Positions 18,701-29,711 are shown, counted from the first letter of the stretch. The stretch: DNA of 64,000 nt from Thermoanaerobaculia bacterium (GCA_963719225.1 CAVRAY010000002.1:480001-544000), one strand, 5' to 3'. Numbers and translations: made by a program. The notes: generated from the sequence alone by a model not told the origin.

Positions 18701-21468
18701 CTCACTTTTTCGTCGACGACGTCGGTCAGGTACCGGGCGATGCCGTCGGAGAAATCGCTGGCGCGGAGAACCGAGTGCCACTGCCGCTTAAGCAGCCGGA
18801 CCGTGATCGTCTTTCCTTCGATCTCCTTTCCGTCGGGGCCGACCGCGATGACGCGCGGTGAGAGCGTCCGCGCGTGCTCCACGAAGCGCGGCACGTCGAG
18901 GCCGAGGACGAACGGCGGCAGCGCCGCGATGCGCCGCGTGGAGGTGACCGTCTGATCGTCGGCTCCGGTGACGGTGGCCTCCACGACGTACGTGCGCGGC
19001 TGGGCCGTCGGCTCGATGGCCGGGTTGAGCTTGAGCGTCGCGCCTCCGGCGTCGTTCGTGGTGTCGTCCTTCGTCAGGCGGGGAGACGACCGGAAGCGCT
19101 CGGCGCGCGAGAAGCGCCCGTCGGACGAGAAGCGGAATCCCTCGCGCTGCGGGGGACTCCAGTCGTGCGGAAACTGCGTCACGCGCCATTGAACGGGACG
19201 AGAGCTCACCTTCCCGCCGGCGTAGTAGGTCGCGGTGAGGGAGACCTGGAACTCCTTGTCGAGCGCGGCCTGGTCGGGGCCGTGGAGGTCGACCTCGAAC
19301 TCCGGGATCCGGTAAGCCTCCATCCGGAAGCTGACGTGCCCGAACGGGCGCTTCTTCTTGTCCTCGTAATGCGCGTTGTAGATGCCGGTCGGGAGGTTCT
19401 TCTCCTTGAAGAGATGGTAGAAGCTCCCGCTCTCGGAGACCGAAACCGGCAGACGCCAGGCGAGCTCGCCCGGTCCCTCGACGACGATCGTCCCGTCCTC
19501 GGCGGGAAGCGGGTGCAGCAACCCGCGCACCCGTTCGCGGAGATATCCCTTGAGATGCACCTCGTCCTCCGGGCGGTAGACGGGGCGCTCCGTGAAGAGG
19601 TGGCAAAGTGTCTCGGCCCGGGCGCCGCGCGCTTCGAGCGGCTGAAACGCCCAGTCGAGCCAGTTGTCGCGGCTCTTCGCCCACTGGTTGTCGGCATAGC
19701 TCTCGGGCGGGTGCGCCGTGTCGAGAACGAGGAGGTCCTTTCCCTTCGTCACGACGATCCGCCTCGTCGTGCGGCTTTCGTGGACGTTCGGGCGGCCGGG
19801 CGCGTCCCAGCGGAACGTCCCGTCGGGACCGGTCGTCCCTTCCACGAAGGTTTCCCAGACCGACTTGCCGGGCATCCGATGAGTTCCTTCCAGCCGCACG
19901 GCCGCGCCCGGAACCGGAAGGCCCGTCGCGAGCGACGTCACCGTGAAGCGGACCGCCTGCGGCTCCTCGAGGGCCGTGAGCGCGAGGTCCGTCGCCTGGA
20001 TGCGCATCCAGCTCCTCAGGCTTCCCCCTTCGAGCGCGCGAAGGCCGACGAGGTAAGTACCGCTCTCGCCCGGCCCGGAGATCTTCGCGAGGTGCGGTGC
20101 GAGGTCGAGGCCGAAAGCCGCCGCATTGCCGTCGCGCTTGAGCGGGAGCTGGACGATGGCGGAGACCGGCGGCGAGCCGAGGAGCTTCACGTGTCGCGCG
20201 ATGCCCTCGGGCGCGATGTTTTGCTCGGGTGCGTTCCACGCGCCGGGCTCCTCGCCCGGTCCCGGCGGGCGTGTCGACTCGTCCGTCGTGATCGCGCGGT
20301 CGGGGAAAGGCCACAAGCTCCTGTCGAGGGGGTCGATCTTCTGGATCCTCAGGTCGAGCTTTTCGGCGCCCCGCCCGTCCACGGGCACCATTTGCGCGCC
20401 GAGCCGCTCCACGATTCCCTGCCCGGCGCCCCACTTCACGTAGGACGCGCGCCGCGGGAAGACGACGAAGGCCTCGCTCCTGCCGGCCGCATCCAGCGTG
20501 CGGCCGCGCTGATCCGTGAGCTTCGCCGGAAGGATCGAGACGGCGTAGAGAGTGTCGCGCCGGAAGGCGCCCCGGATCTCGAGCGTCCGCGCGCTGGTCT
20601 GGAGCTTCAGGTCTTCGACGGACGGCGTGAACCGGACGAGGTTGCGCGCCTCGACCGGGGAGATCGGGCGCGGCGCGCTCGAGAACTCGACGAGGATCGC
20701 CGGGCTTTCGGTGCCGCACTTGATCGCCTGATCCTTCTCGTAGAGCGTCCCCGACGGGGTGACGGGCAGCTGGCGCTCGCGACAGCCGAAGGAGAGGACG
20801 CGGAACGGCTCACCGGTCGCGAACGAAAGCTCCTTCGCGGCGCCGGCGGCGGCTTCGTCCGCGGAGAGCCGGAGCGTGAGCACCGCGCGGGTGCCGGCGG
20901 GAACCGGGTGCGCGAGGGAGAGGGAATACGAAGGGGCGTCGGCGCGACTCGTCCTCTCGAGCGCCTTGATCCTGATCTCCTCGGGCGGAAGGCGGCGTCC
21001 TAGAGAGACGCCGGGGAGCGGACGCAGCTCGAGCGTCACCATCTTCGCGAGCATCGCGGGAGGGAGCGGCTCGCCGAACGTGAGCGTGATCTCGTCGAAG
21101 GGCTCCAGCCCCTCGGCGCCGTCGTTCGGCACGGTGGCCACCGGCGCTTCGAGGAGCGTGGCGAGCGTTCCGGCCTTTCCTCCCAGCGGCGTCACGCGAA
21201 AGCGCGTCAGCGCCGGCCAGGGCTCGGCGGGGCGGAACTGGAGAGTCCGGGCGTCCAGCCACCCGTACGCGCCGGGTTGCGCGGGATCGATCGACACGAA
21301 GCGCTCGGGCCGGTCTTCCGGTCCCCCCTTCGCGGGGCCGAGGTCCGATGCGAAGAACACGGTCACCGGGTCCCAGCGGCGCAGGAGCCGGTCGGGGACG
21401 ACGCGCGGTCCCGTCTCGGCGGCGCCGATCGGGAGGGCGAGCAGGAAGGTCAGCAGAAGGGGTTTCAT
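15766..21468 (-). CDS. Bacterial alpha-2-macroglobulin (about 1900 aa)
   Basis: Signal peptide MKPLLL, FTERPVYRPED, LPDNLTNF, LPRFVRAGD, thioester motif YPYGCTEQ, PPAKSELMY. Confidence 0.93.
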   Translation of the reverse strand: MKPLLLTFLLALPIGAAETGPRVVPDRLLRRWDPVTVFFASDLGPAKGGPEDRPERFVSIDPAQPGAYGWLDARTLQFRPAEPWPALTRFRVTPLGGKAGTLATLLEAPVATVPNDGAEGLEPFDEITLTFGEPLPPAMLAKMVTLELRPLPGVSLGRRLPPEEIRIKALERTSRADAPSYSLSLAHPVPAGTRAVLTLRLSADEAAAGAAKELSFATGEPFRVLSFGCRERQLPVTPSGTLYEKDQAIKCGTESPAILVEFSSAPRPISPVEARNLVRFTPSVEDLKLQTSARTLEIRGAFRRDTLYAVSILPAKLTDQRGRTLDAAGRSEAFVVFPRRASYVKWGAGQGIVERLGAQMVPVDGRGAEKLDLRIQKIDPLDRSLWPFPDRAITTDESTRPPGPGEEPGAWNAPEQNIAPEGIARHVKLLGSPPVSAIVQLPLKRDGNAAAFGLDLAPHLAKISGPGESGTYLVGLRALEGGSLRSWMRIQATDLALTALEEPQAVRFTVTSLATGLPVPGAAVRLEGTHRMPGKSVWETFVEGTTGPDGTFRWDAPGRPNVHESRTTRRIVVTKGKDLLVLDTAHPPESYADNQWAKSRDNWLDWAFQPLEARGARAETLCHLFTERPVYRPEDEVHLKGYLRERVRGLLHPLPAEDGTIVVEGPGELAWRLPVSVSESGSFYHLFKEKNLPTGIYNAHYEDKKKRPFGHVSFRMEAYRIPEFEVDLHGPDQAALDKEFQVSLTATYYAGGKVSSRPVQWRVTQFPHDWSPPQREGFRFSSDGRFSRAERFRSSPRLTKDDTTNDAGGATLKLNPAIEPTAQPRTYVVEATVTGADDQTVTSTRRIAALPPFVLGLDVPRFVEHARTLSPRVIAVGPDGKEIEGKTITVRLLKRQWHSVLRASDFSDGIARYLTDVVDEKVSEQTVKSQLTPLTVPLPISSSGVYVVELEARDRLGRAQIVAIDLYAGGDEPVTWARPVTKVFAVATDKARYQPGAKAAIVLQSPFQKARALAIVEAPEGNRYEWLDVEKGAGTYRLDVLPTFAPRVPVHFVLMRGRIAGAGPSSGNATDLGKPSTMAATAWLEVEPVANRVAVTLAHPDVSMPGRKVDVTITLKDPQGKPLAGEVTLWLVDQAVLALGKEQRLDPLPDFITPVRSHLLVRDTRNSVFGLLPFAEAPGGDGGAAGGIIDRATVRRNFKTVPFYDPAILVGPDGTKTVQVQLPDNLTNFKVRAKVMSGPDRFGFGTGTIAVRLPVIIQPALPRFVRAGDVFTGAALARIVEGKGGPAAAQVKVLGASLEGSAARALALEPNKPERIEFGVKVPANASGHVTFRAGVERASDKASDAFEVKLPIHADRDPVLKRILADLAPGATFTVPEIKDRVRAGTLRRSLLVSSEPAVIKMANGLDFFDEYPYGCTEQTMSAARALAAARKLRALLGRTGDEERATRAFSTAQKAIADAIDPNGFVAFWPGSPGYVSLTAWSVDFLVETKEAGFAIDDKLLERLLTSLEKALRSDYPRFVGGESFLERTWALSALAHAGRFDAAYAAELARRPQFLRLEGKAEVLLAFSRSKEARSETALAIGNTLWDGIIWRSREGKAVYGGLQDGDRLGDLVLLCSEPRALAEVLRALHRVVPGDTRLGALVNALVTMGRGDGWGSTNANAAALLALSDVLGSGKPEAFTCIVKEGAEAKPLAPAAGSAVARLASRAPAETPLAVTSASRPLVLAAETRYVLAEDGSRAASASNGFVVTRELFRIVDGAPPERIALGEPGITVPLAIGAIVEEHVQIVNPQVRHHVAITAPLAAGLEPLNPALATAPREAAPSKPPTLAPTYVRFLDDAVAYFYDTLPAGTYDFRFRTRAVTPGSFIQPPAKSELMYDAAVRGNSNGALVEVSRTK

Positions 21469-24400
21469 CGCGGGCTTCCTTTTTCTTCGTCGGGCGTCTC
21501 GGCGTCGGGCTCGCCCTCGCCTTTCGACGCGGCAGCCTCCTCGTCGCTCTCCTCGACCCGTGCGGCGCTTGCACTCCTGGCGGGCGGCTCCGCGAGGACG
21601 TACGTTCGGATCACGTCGGCAGGCGGACCCGTGCCGGGCGGGTCCACGCCTGCCAGCGCGGGACGGATCCTCACGGGCGCGGCGTCGGCCGGGGCGCGGA
21701 CGGAAACGAGATAGTCGCCGACGGCGAGCTCCGGCATCTGGACCAGCCCCTCGCCCAGCCGGGCGCCGCCGGCCGATAGAAGCGTCGCGGTGACGAGGTC
21801 CGAGCTCGCGCGAACTCCGAGGCCGACGGCGCCTGAGCGCGCGACGTGGAATCCGTAGAGCCGCGCCTGACCCGCGCCGAGGAGGATCTCGGGTCCAAGT
21901 CCTTCGGCGATCTTCGTGACGGGCGTTGCCGTCAGCGTGGCGCGGCCTGAGAGCGATCCGGAGCCGAGCGCCCTGAGGAGGATTCGCGCCGAGCCGGAAG
22001 AAGCGTAGAGGTCGAGCCTCACGCCGCCTTGGTGGATGGCCACTTCGGGCGGGGCGCCGTCGCGCGTGACGAGCGAAAGCGCGGGGCCCGCGGAACGGAA
22101 CGAGAGAAGTGACGGCGCGCTCGAAGCGACCGTGAAAGTCGCGACCTCGCCCGAGAGCGTCACGGCGACCGGCGGCGCGAGCGCGACGGGCGGCGTTCCC
22201 GCTCCGTCGCCGAAGAGGTCGGCGGCCTCGCTTCCCGGACGGTCGACCCAGGCGAGAACGAGACCGGGAGCGTGCGGCAGCAGGAGCGTGCCGCCTTCCA
22301 CGGGGACCACGAGGTCGGCGCCGCGGAGGTTCCGCGCGTCGGGAGAGAGGAGCGTGACCGGGCCCGAAGCGCCCCGCACGTGAAGGGTGCGCGTCTCCCC
22401 CGAAGGGGGAGCGGCAACGGGGATCCGAAGCGTCCCGCCGTCGGGGAGAGACGCGGCGAAAGGAGCGCGCGGGACGAGCGCGGCCGGCGCCCCCGACGTC
22501 GCGAAGACGTCGAGCGCGAACCGGGTCTCGGAGAGAGACGCCGAAAGGAGGGCGATCTTCTCGCCGTCCGTCTCGAGCGTCTCGTCGGCCGGAGCGTCCG
22601 TCGTGCCGAGGAGCGCGAGTCCGTCGCGACCCTTCGAGACGAGAGCAAAGAGCCCCGCACCGAGCGCGACACGGAGCCTCTTCACGCCGGAGGGAAGGAC
22701 GAAGGCGCGCGCCGCGAGGCCGGCGACGGCGCCGTCGAACGAGAGGCGCGCGGGAGTCTCGGTGCGTGGGTTCGCGAAGGCGATTCGCGAAAGGACCACG
22801 TCCGAGAGGGGCTCGCCCGGGCCGGCGGCCAGGGAAACGGCCGGCGGCGCCTCGAGCGCGGCGGCGAACCCCGTCCGCTCGCCTGCGGTCGCGGCTCCGC
22901 GAGTGAGAAGGAGGCCGGGCTGACCCGTTGCCGCCCGGGCTCGCACGAGGACCGGCCCCTTGGCGACGGCGAGGTCGCAGAGCGCCCCAGATGCGTCGAG
23001 CGTCACCTCCTTCTCGTCGAGCTTCACGCGCGCACCGCGCACCGGGCCCTCGGAGACGATGACGATTCGCTTTCCTCCGCCCGCGACGAGCCCCTCGACC
23101 TGGAGGGCCGGCGCGTCGGGAGCGGTGCTGACGCGCAGAGCAGAACCGGAAGTCTCGAGGCGGAAAACGCCGGGGCGCTCGAGCGCGACTGCGACGGCGC
23201 CGTTCGGGAGCGCGCCGCCTTTCTCGAGCTGGCGCTCTTTCCACTCGACGAGCGGCACGCTGGAGGCCGCGACCTTCACGGACCCGCCGCGCCCGTCCGC
23301 CGAGAAGAGACCGATGCGAAGCATGCGCGCCGCGCCGGTCGGAAGGAACACGCGGGCGGCGCGCCCGGTCTCCTGCGCCAGGAGCGCTCCGTCCTCCGCC
23401 ATGACGGAGAGTCCCACGCTCTCGGAGGCGGTGGCCGAGATCGAGAGGAGCGATCCCGCCGCGACGGATACCGGGATCTCGAGGACGCCTCGCCCCGGCT
23501 CGAGCTCGCGCGCGATCGGAAGCGGCTCCAGGGGGAGCGCGCTCCGCACGAGCTCCCGGAGCGCGATCGCCGTTCGGGCCGTCGGCGCTCCGGCCGGGTC
23601 GACGCGGAGCGTGTAACGCCCCGGCGCGAGCGGGCGCGCGATCGCGAAGTTCCAGTCGTCGGCCCGGTCGTCGTTCTCGGCCACGACGTTACCGGCCGAG
23701 TCGCGGAGGCGTGCGCGAACGTCGTCCACCCCGCTCGAGGCGAGCTCGTAGAGACCGGGACTTCCGATCGAAATCGGGATCTCCGCGGGGGCGGTCACGG
23801 CGCGGGAGAGACCGGCGACGAGCGGCTCGGGTGTCACCGAGACCGCGTACTCCACGCGGCTGTCGCGGCGCGCGGCGGTCGCTTCCAGGACGTACGAGCC
23901 AGGCGCGAGTGATCCGTGGAAGCCCGCGCCAGACGAAACTTCGACGGTGGCAGCGCTGTCCCTCAGGAGGCGACCCTGCATGCCGGCCGTCAGGACGACT
24001 TTCACAACGGCGGGCGCGGGCAGCGTGAAGCCGAAGCGGTCGGGGATGCGATCGGCTCCCTCGGCCGGCTCCATCCAAAGCGCAGCGGCGCTCACACCGA
24101 GCGGGAGCGCGTGCGGACCATGCCCGCGAAAGCGAAGCGGGCCGGCCTGCCGGTCGAGCGAGACGACCGCGCGCGCGGAGACCGCGAAGGGAAGGACCAC
24201 GAGGCGATACGTCCCCTTCGCGAGCGTCCGGCGGAGGTCGCCGTCCACGCCCGGCTTGAGGAGCGGCCAGCCGTCCTTGTCCTCGAGGCGAACCGGAAAT
24301 TTTCTTTTCAGCCCGAGCGCGCGAATCCGGTAGGTGCCGGCCTTGCGCACGTCGAGCCGGAGCTCCGCCGCTTCTCCGGCGCCGAGCGAAAGGCGCGCCG

Positions 24401-26645
24401 GGACGCCGTCGGTGACGTCGCCGCCGTTCACGACGGCCGTCTTCGAGAGGACGACGCCGACGTGGCCGGCGGAGAGCCCGCGAGGCTGCACGGTCACCTG
24501 GTAGTCGCCCTCCCTGAGGTAGTCGGCGACGAGCGCGTTTCGCCCGACGCCGTTCTCCGCTTCTTCGCGAAACTTCGTGACGGTGCGCGTGCGCAGGAGC
24601 GCGTTCGTCGCGAGGAGGCCGGTCGTCTCGATCCTGTAGAGGCCCGGCTCCGGCACCTTCACGTCGAAGGTCGCGGCTTCGTCCTTCGCGAGGTCGAGCG
24701 TCCGCGGCGTCTCGGGCAGGAGGTCGGGGAACTTCGGGAGTGCGGCGATCGCCTGATCGGGAAGCGGCGGCAGCGGAGCGTCCTTCGCGAGCGACCGCGT
24801 CTGCGCCGCGATCGAGAGGACCCGTGGCGCGTCTCCAGAGAGCGTCACGGCCGCTTCGTGGGCGCCGGGCGCAACCCGCGGGCGCGGAACGGCCGGCGCG
24901 CCGTTGAGCGAGATCGCGAGCGGCGTGCCGTCCTCGGTCTGCGCCACGAGAAGCGATTCCTCGGCCGTGACGAACGGAACGCTCACTGTCTCGCCGGGGC
25001 GCGCGGCGACGGCGAGCGGGTCCGTCAGGTCGAGCGGCAGCTTCCGGAAGACGAGACCCGAGACGACGCCCGGGCGTTTCCCGACGACGAGCGTGTACCA
25101 CGCGGTCTGCGAGAGAGAAACCTTCGGAAAGAGGACGCCGCCGCGAGGGGCGTGCGGCGACGGGGCGGCCTCGCCCGCTGCGCGGATCGAGAGAGTGACG
25201 ATCCCCTTCTTGACGGGGTGGACCGTGAGCTCCCAGAGCCCCGCGTCGAGATCGACGGTTCCCTTCCCGCGAAGGGCCACCGGCTTGATCTCGTTCGACC
25301 GCCGCGCGAGAGCCGGGAGGATCTGCATTCTCGCGTCGACTCCGGCCGCCTCCAGCTCGTACTTCCCGGCCGAGGCGGTCCGAAAGAAGAGCGACAGCGG
25401 GCCGTCGAGGTTTCCGCGCCCGGCCCACGGACGTCGCGGGGCGACTTCGACTTCCGCGCTCCTGAGCGGCACGCGTTGGCCGCTCTCCACGAGCACGCCG
25501 GTCTCGTCGACGGCGTCGCGCGAGTCGGCGGACGGGATGCTTCCGATCCACCAGTCGCCGCTCCCGCGCACGGCGTATTCGTCGCGCATCTCGAAGTGCG
25601 TCAGAACGTACGGCTGTCCGGCGTCGCCGCGGACGGTCACGAGCGTGAATCCGTCGGTCCGGCCGGCGACGCTCAGAGATGCAGCGGGCGGATTCGTCTT
25701 CTTGCCGATGGACGCGCTCTCCGCCGCTTCGCGGAAAGGCTGTGCGTCATCCCATGGCGCGCCGTTGAACGAGATCGGCCGGGCCTCGGGGACCTCGAGC
25801 CCCACGAACGTCGCCGCGCCCGCGATGAGGAAGCGGTCGATACCCGAGGCGCCCAGCTCGTGTCGCCCGCGCCCCGCGACGCCGTATCGCGGAATCCCCC
25901 ACACGAGAGAAAGCGGATGCTCGGCGCTTTCCTCCGCCCAGGGCTCGCCCGGAGAGCCGTAGGCGGAAAGCAGGTACAGGCCGGGCTCGAGGGCGGCCCA
26001 GAGCCGCATCACGCGAAGCGGGCGCCCGGCGCTCGGAATCGTGACCTCGCTCTCGGGCTCGGCGGCGACGAGCCAGCTTCCGCCGTTCCAGAGGCGGAGG
26101 TCGGCGAGGTTCCGGCCGGCCGCCTCGAAGGCGACCTTCCGTCGCTTGTCGATCGAGATCCACCAGGATCGCTTTTCGAAATCGGCCAGCGCCGTCTCGA
26201 CGGGCTTCGTCTCCACGAGTCGGGGCGGCGTGTCGCCGTTTTTCTCGACGAACTCGTGAACCGCGAGCTTCGCCCGCCCCTTGGCCTTCGGGTCGCCGTT
26301 GAGGACGAGGCGAACCTGTCCGCGGTCGAGGAAGACGTCCGCGCGGCCGTCCTCTTCCCCCGGCATCCCGAAACGCGGGCCGGGACCCGCCATCCGGTCG
26401 ACGACCGTCAACGCGACGCCTTCGTCGCTCTTCGCGGTCAGAGCCCAACGGCCGAACCGGGGAATGGTGACGACCGCCACCTGGCGGCCCGCGGCCGCGA
26501 TCTGCGCGGGGACGACGCGAGCCTCCTCGGCTCGGAGCGCGAGCGGAAGGAGAAGCGGGAGGAGCCACTTCCTGCGTCGCCCTGTGCGGGATTCCAATGG
26601 AAACGAGAATAGCAGCGGAACTTCGTGTGCCTTCTTGTGGCTCAT
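21465..26645 (-). CDS. Giant (about 1726 aa) secreted multi-beta-sandwich protein of unknown function
   Basis: Host-like coding, N-terminal RRRKWLLPLLLPLALRA signal-like segment, repeated G.Y.(I/L) PPC-like modules, ENDDRADDWNF; ATGA overlap with the macroglobulin start. Confidence 0.8.
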   Translation of the reverse strand: MSHKKAHEVPLLFSFPLESRTGRRRKWLLPLLLPLALRAEEARVVPAQIAAAGRQVAVVTIPRFGRWALTAKSDEGVALTVVDRMAGPGPRFGMPGEEDGRADVFLDRGQVRLVLNGDPKAKGRAKLAVHEFVEKNGDTPPRLVETKPVETALADFEKRSWWISIDKRRKVAFEAAGRNLADLRLWNGGSWLVAAEPESEVTIPSAGRPLRVMRLWAALEPGLYLLSAYGSPGEPWAEESAEHPLSLVWGIPRYGVAGRGRHELGASGIDRFLIAGAATFVGLEVPEARPISFNGAPWDDAQPFREAAESASIGKKTNPPAASLSVAGRTDGFTLVTVRGDAGQPYVLTHFEMRDEYAVRGSGDWWIGSIPSADSRDAVDETGVLVESGQRVPLRSAEVEVAPRRPWAGRGNLDGPLSLFFRTASAGKYELEAAGVDARMQILPALARRSNEIKPVALRGKGTVDLDAGLWELTVHPVKKGIVTLSIRAAGEAAPSPHAPRGGVLFPKVSLSQTAWYTLVVGKRPGVVSGLVFRKLPLDLTDPLAVAARPGETVSVPFVTAEESLLVAQTEDGTPLAISLNGAPAVPRPRVAPGAHEAAVTLSGDAPRVLSIAAQTRSLAKDAPLPPLPDQAIAALPKFPDLLPETPRTLDLAKDEAATFDVKVPEPGLYRIETTGLLATNALLRTRTVTKFREEAENGVGRNALVADYLREGDYQVTVQPRGLSAGHVGVVLSKTAVVNGGDVTDGVPARLSLGAGEAAELRLDVRKAGTYRIRALGLKRKFPVRLEDKDGWPLLKPGVDGDLRRTLAKGTYRLVVLPFAVSARAVVSLDRQAGPLRFRGHGPHALPLGVSAAALWMEPAEGADRIPDRFGFTLPAPAVVKVVLTAGMQGRLLRDSAATVEVSSGAGFHGSLAPGSYVLEATAARRDSRVEYAVSVTPEPLVAGLSRAVTAPAEIPISIGSPGLYELASSGVDDVRARLRDSAGNVVAENDDRADDWNFAIARPLAPGRYTLRVDPAGAPTARTAIALRELVRSALPLEPLPIARELEPGRGVLEIPVSVAAGSLLSISATASESVGLSVMAEDGALLAQETGRAARVFLPTGAARMLRIGLFSADGRGGSVKVAASSVPLVEWKERQLEKGGALPNGAVAVALERPGVFRLETSGSALRVSTAPDAPALQVEGLVAGGGKRIVIVSEGPVRGARVKLDEKEVTLDASGALCDLAVAKGPVLVRARAATGQPGLLLTRGAATAGERTGFAAALEAPPAVSLAAGPGEPLSDVVLSRIAFANPRTETPARLSFDGAVAGLAARAFVLPSGVKRLRVALGAGLFALVSKGRDGLALLGTTDAPADETLETDGEKIALLSASLSETRFALDVFATSGAPAALVPRAPFAASLPDGGTLRIPVAAPPSGETRTLHVRGASGPVTLLSPDARNLRGADLVVPVEGGTLLLPHAPGLVLAWVDRPGSEAADLFGDGAGTPPVALAPPVAVTLSGEVATFTVASSAPSLLSFRSAGPALSLVTRDGAPPEVAIHQGGVRLDLYASSGSARILLRALGSGSLSGRATLTATPVTKIAEGLGPEILLGAGQARLYGFHVARSGAVGLGVRASSDLVTATLLSAGGARLGEGLVQMPELAVGDYLVSVRAPADAAPVRIRPALAGVDPPGTGPPADVIRTYVLAEPPARSASAARVEESDEEAAASKGEGEPDAETPDEEKGSPR

Positions 26646-26794
26646 CGCCGCGTATTCATCAAGGCGGGTGCCGGAGAGCCTCGGGCCTGCGGCCGCGCGG
26701 CGACGTGTCCCGCCTGCTTCCTTCCGCGGTATGCATCTCCATTCCGGAGATGAAAGGGCGCCGATTAGACTCCCCGCTCCGAACGGAGGTGTCC

Positions 26795-29711
26795 GTGAAC
26801 CGGTCTCGACGCCGTGCCCTCTCGCCCCTTCCTCTCGCCGCGCTTCTCGCTCTCGCCGGCGCCGCCGCCGCGCAGCCGTTTTCCGAGACTCTGTTCTCGG
26901 AGATGCGCTGGCGGATGATCGGCCCGTTTCGCGCAGGGCGCACAGTCGCCGCGAGCGGCATCCCCGGCAACACGAACGTCTTCTACGCCGCCGCGAACAA
27001 CGGCGGGGTCTGGAAGACGACGGACGCCGGACGCGTCTGGACTCCGATCTTCGACGACCAGCCCACGGGCTCGATCGGCGCCCTCGCCGTCGCGCCGTCG
27101 CGCCCCGACACGCTCTACGTCGGGAGCGGGGAAGGCCTGCAGCGCCCCGACCTCTCCGTCGGCGACGGCATCTACAAGTCGACGGACGCGGGGAAGACCT
27201 GGGTCGCACCTCGGCCTGCGCGACGCCCAGCAGATCGCGGGCCTCGCCGTCCACCCGCGCGACCCGGACCGCGTTTACGCGGCGGTCCTCGGCCACCCGT
27301 ACGGCGCGAACGCCGAGCGCGGCGTCTTCCGGTCGACCGACGGCGGAAAGACGTGGACGAAGGTCCTCTACAAGGACGAGAACACGGGCGCCTCGGCCGT
27401 GACGCTCGACCCGTCGAATCCCGACGTCGTCTATGCCGTGCTCTGGGCCGCGCGGCTCGGCCCGTGGGAGAACGGCGAGTGGCAGGGGCCCGAAAGCGGC
27501 CTCTTCAAGAGCACGGACGGCGGGACCACGTGGAAGAAGCTCGTGAACGGTTTGCCCACGTTCGCCGACGGCCTCGGGCGCATCGGCGTTTGCGTCTCCC
27601 CCGTGGATCCGAAACGCCTCTACGCCACTGTCGACGCGACGCCCGAGAAGGCGGGCATCTACGTGTCCGACGATGCCGGGGAGAGCTTCACGCGCACGAA
27701 CGGCGAGTCGCGCGTCTGGGGCCGCGGCAGCGACTTCGCCGAGCTGCGCGCGCACCCGAAGAACCGCGACGAAGTCTGGGCCGCGAACATCGCGACGTAC
27801 CGGTCGACCGACGGCGGAAAGACGTTCGCCCCCGTGAAGGGCGCGCCGGGCGGAGACGACTACCACACGATCTTCATCCACCCCGAGAATCCCGACGTCA
27901 TCCTCCTCGCGGCCGATCAGGGCGCGACGATCTCCGTGAACGCGGGCGCGACGTGGAGCAGCTGGTACAACCAGCCGACGGCGCAGCTCTACCACGTCTC
28001 CACGGACGACCGCTTTCCGTACTGGGTGTACGGAGGGCAGCAGGAAAGCGGCTCCGTCGCGATCGCGAGCCGGGGCGACGACGGGGCGATCACCCATCGC
28101 GACTGGCACCCCGTCGGCGCGGAGGAGTACGGCTACGTCGCGCCGGATCCGCTCGACCCCGACGTCGTCTACGGCGGAAAGCTCACGCGCTTCCGCCATT
28201 CCACGGGCCAGGTGCAGGACGTCTCGCCCGCGCCGCTCCGCGGCACGTACCGCTTCCTGCGCACGGCGCCCGTCCTGTTCTCGCCGGCGGACCCGCACAT
28301 CCTCTTCTATGCGGGCAACGTCCTCTTCAGGACCAGGAACGGCGGGAAGACCTGGGACGTCGTCAGCCCCGACCTCTCCCGCGAGGCGCCGGACGTGCCC
28401 GAGTCGATCGGCGTCTACCGCAAGCCCGAGATGGCGACGCAGAAGCGCCGCGGCGTCATCTACACCGTCGCGCCCGCGAAGAAAGACGTGAACGTGATCT
28501 GGGCGGGCACGGACGACGGCCTCATCCACCGCACCGCGGACGGGGGAAAGACGTGGGTCAACGTCACGCCGCCCGGCCTCACGGCCTGGAGCAAGGTGTC
28601 GCTGATCGACGCCTCGCCGTTCGACGACCTCACGGCCTACGCCGCCATCAACCGCATCCGCCTCGACGACCAGCAGCCCCACGTCCTGCGCACGCACGAC
28701 GGCGGAAAGACGTGGAAAGAGATCGTGAAGGGCCTTCCCGACGATCCCGTCAACGCCGTGCGCGAGGATCCGGTCCGGAAAGGGCTCCTCTACGCGGGCA
28801 CGGAGCGCATGGTCCACGTCTCCTTCGACGACGGCGAGAGCTGGCAGCCGCTGCGCCTCAACATGCCGGCCACGTCCATCCGCGACCTCGTCGTCCACGG
28901 CGACGACCTCGTCGTCGGCACGCACGGGCGGAGCTTCTGGATCCTCGACGACGTCACGCCGCTCCGCCAGCTCGACGCGAAAACGGCCTCGAGCGCGCCG
29001 TTTCTCTACGCGCCCCAGACCGCGATCCGCGTGCGCCGGAGCCGCTGGACCGACACGCCGCTTCCGCCGGAAGAGCCCGCGGGCCGGAACCCGCCGGACG
29101 GCGCGATCCTCGACTACGTCCTCGCCGTGAAGCCGGCGGCGCCCGTGACTCTCGAGATCCTGGACGACAAGGGCGCTCTCGTCCGGCGCTTTTCGAGCGA
29201 CGATGCGCCCGAGCCGCTCGTCGACCCTCTCGTCGTCGCGCCGTACTGGGTGCGGCCGCCGCGCATCCTGCCGGCGGCGCCCGGCATGCACCGCTTCGTC
29301 TGGGACCTGCGCTTTCCGCCCCCGCGCACGAACCAGCACGAGTACCCGATCTCCGCGATCCCGGGCGACACGCCGAAGGAGCCGCTCGGGCCGTTCGTTC
29401 TGCCCGGGGCGTATACCGTGAAGCTGACCGTGGACGGGACGTCCTTCACGCGAAGCCTGACCGTGAAGCTGGATCCGCGGGTCCGGATGTCGCCGGCCGA
29501 CCTCGCCGCTCAGCTCGCCCTCCTCAACCGGTTGAGCGCGGCGCTCGAGCGCGTCGCGTCGGAGCCCGCCCCTCGGGAAGCGGAGGCGAAGAAGAAGCGC
29601 GGCTCGCTGGAAGACAAGCTCGTGCGTCTCTGGGGAATCATCGAGGGTGCGGACGAGGCGCCGACGGCGCAGGCCGCGGCCGCGGTCGACGAGCTGGCCG
29701 CCGTTCCATGA
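26795..29711 (+). CDS. BNR/Asp-box repeat glycosyl hydrolase (VPS10/xyloglucanase-like), one frameshift near 27201
   Basis: Signal peptide, WRMIGPFRAGR, repeated S.DGG.TW boxes; an extra G in TGGG breaks GKTWSHLGLRD. Confidence 0.88.

Noticed and set aside
21469-29339. N-terminal extensions of the 2492-aa and 2624-aa ORFs
   Set aside because: Off-frame or antisense read-through; the plausible starts are 21468 and 26645.
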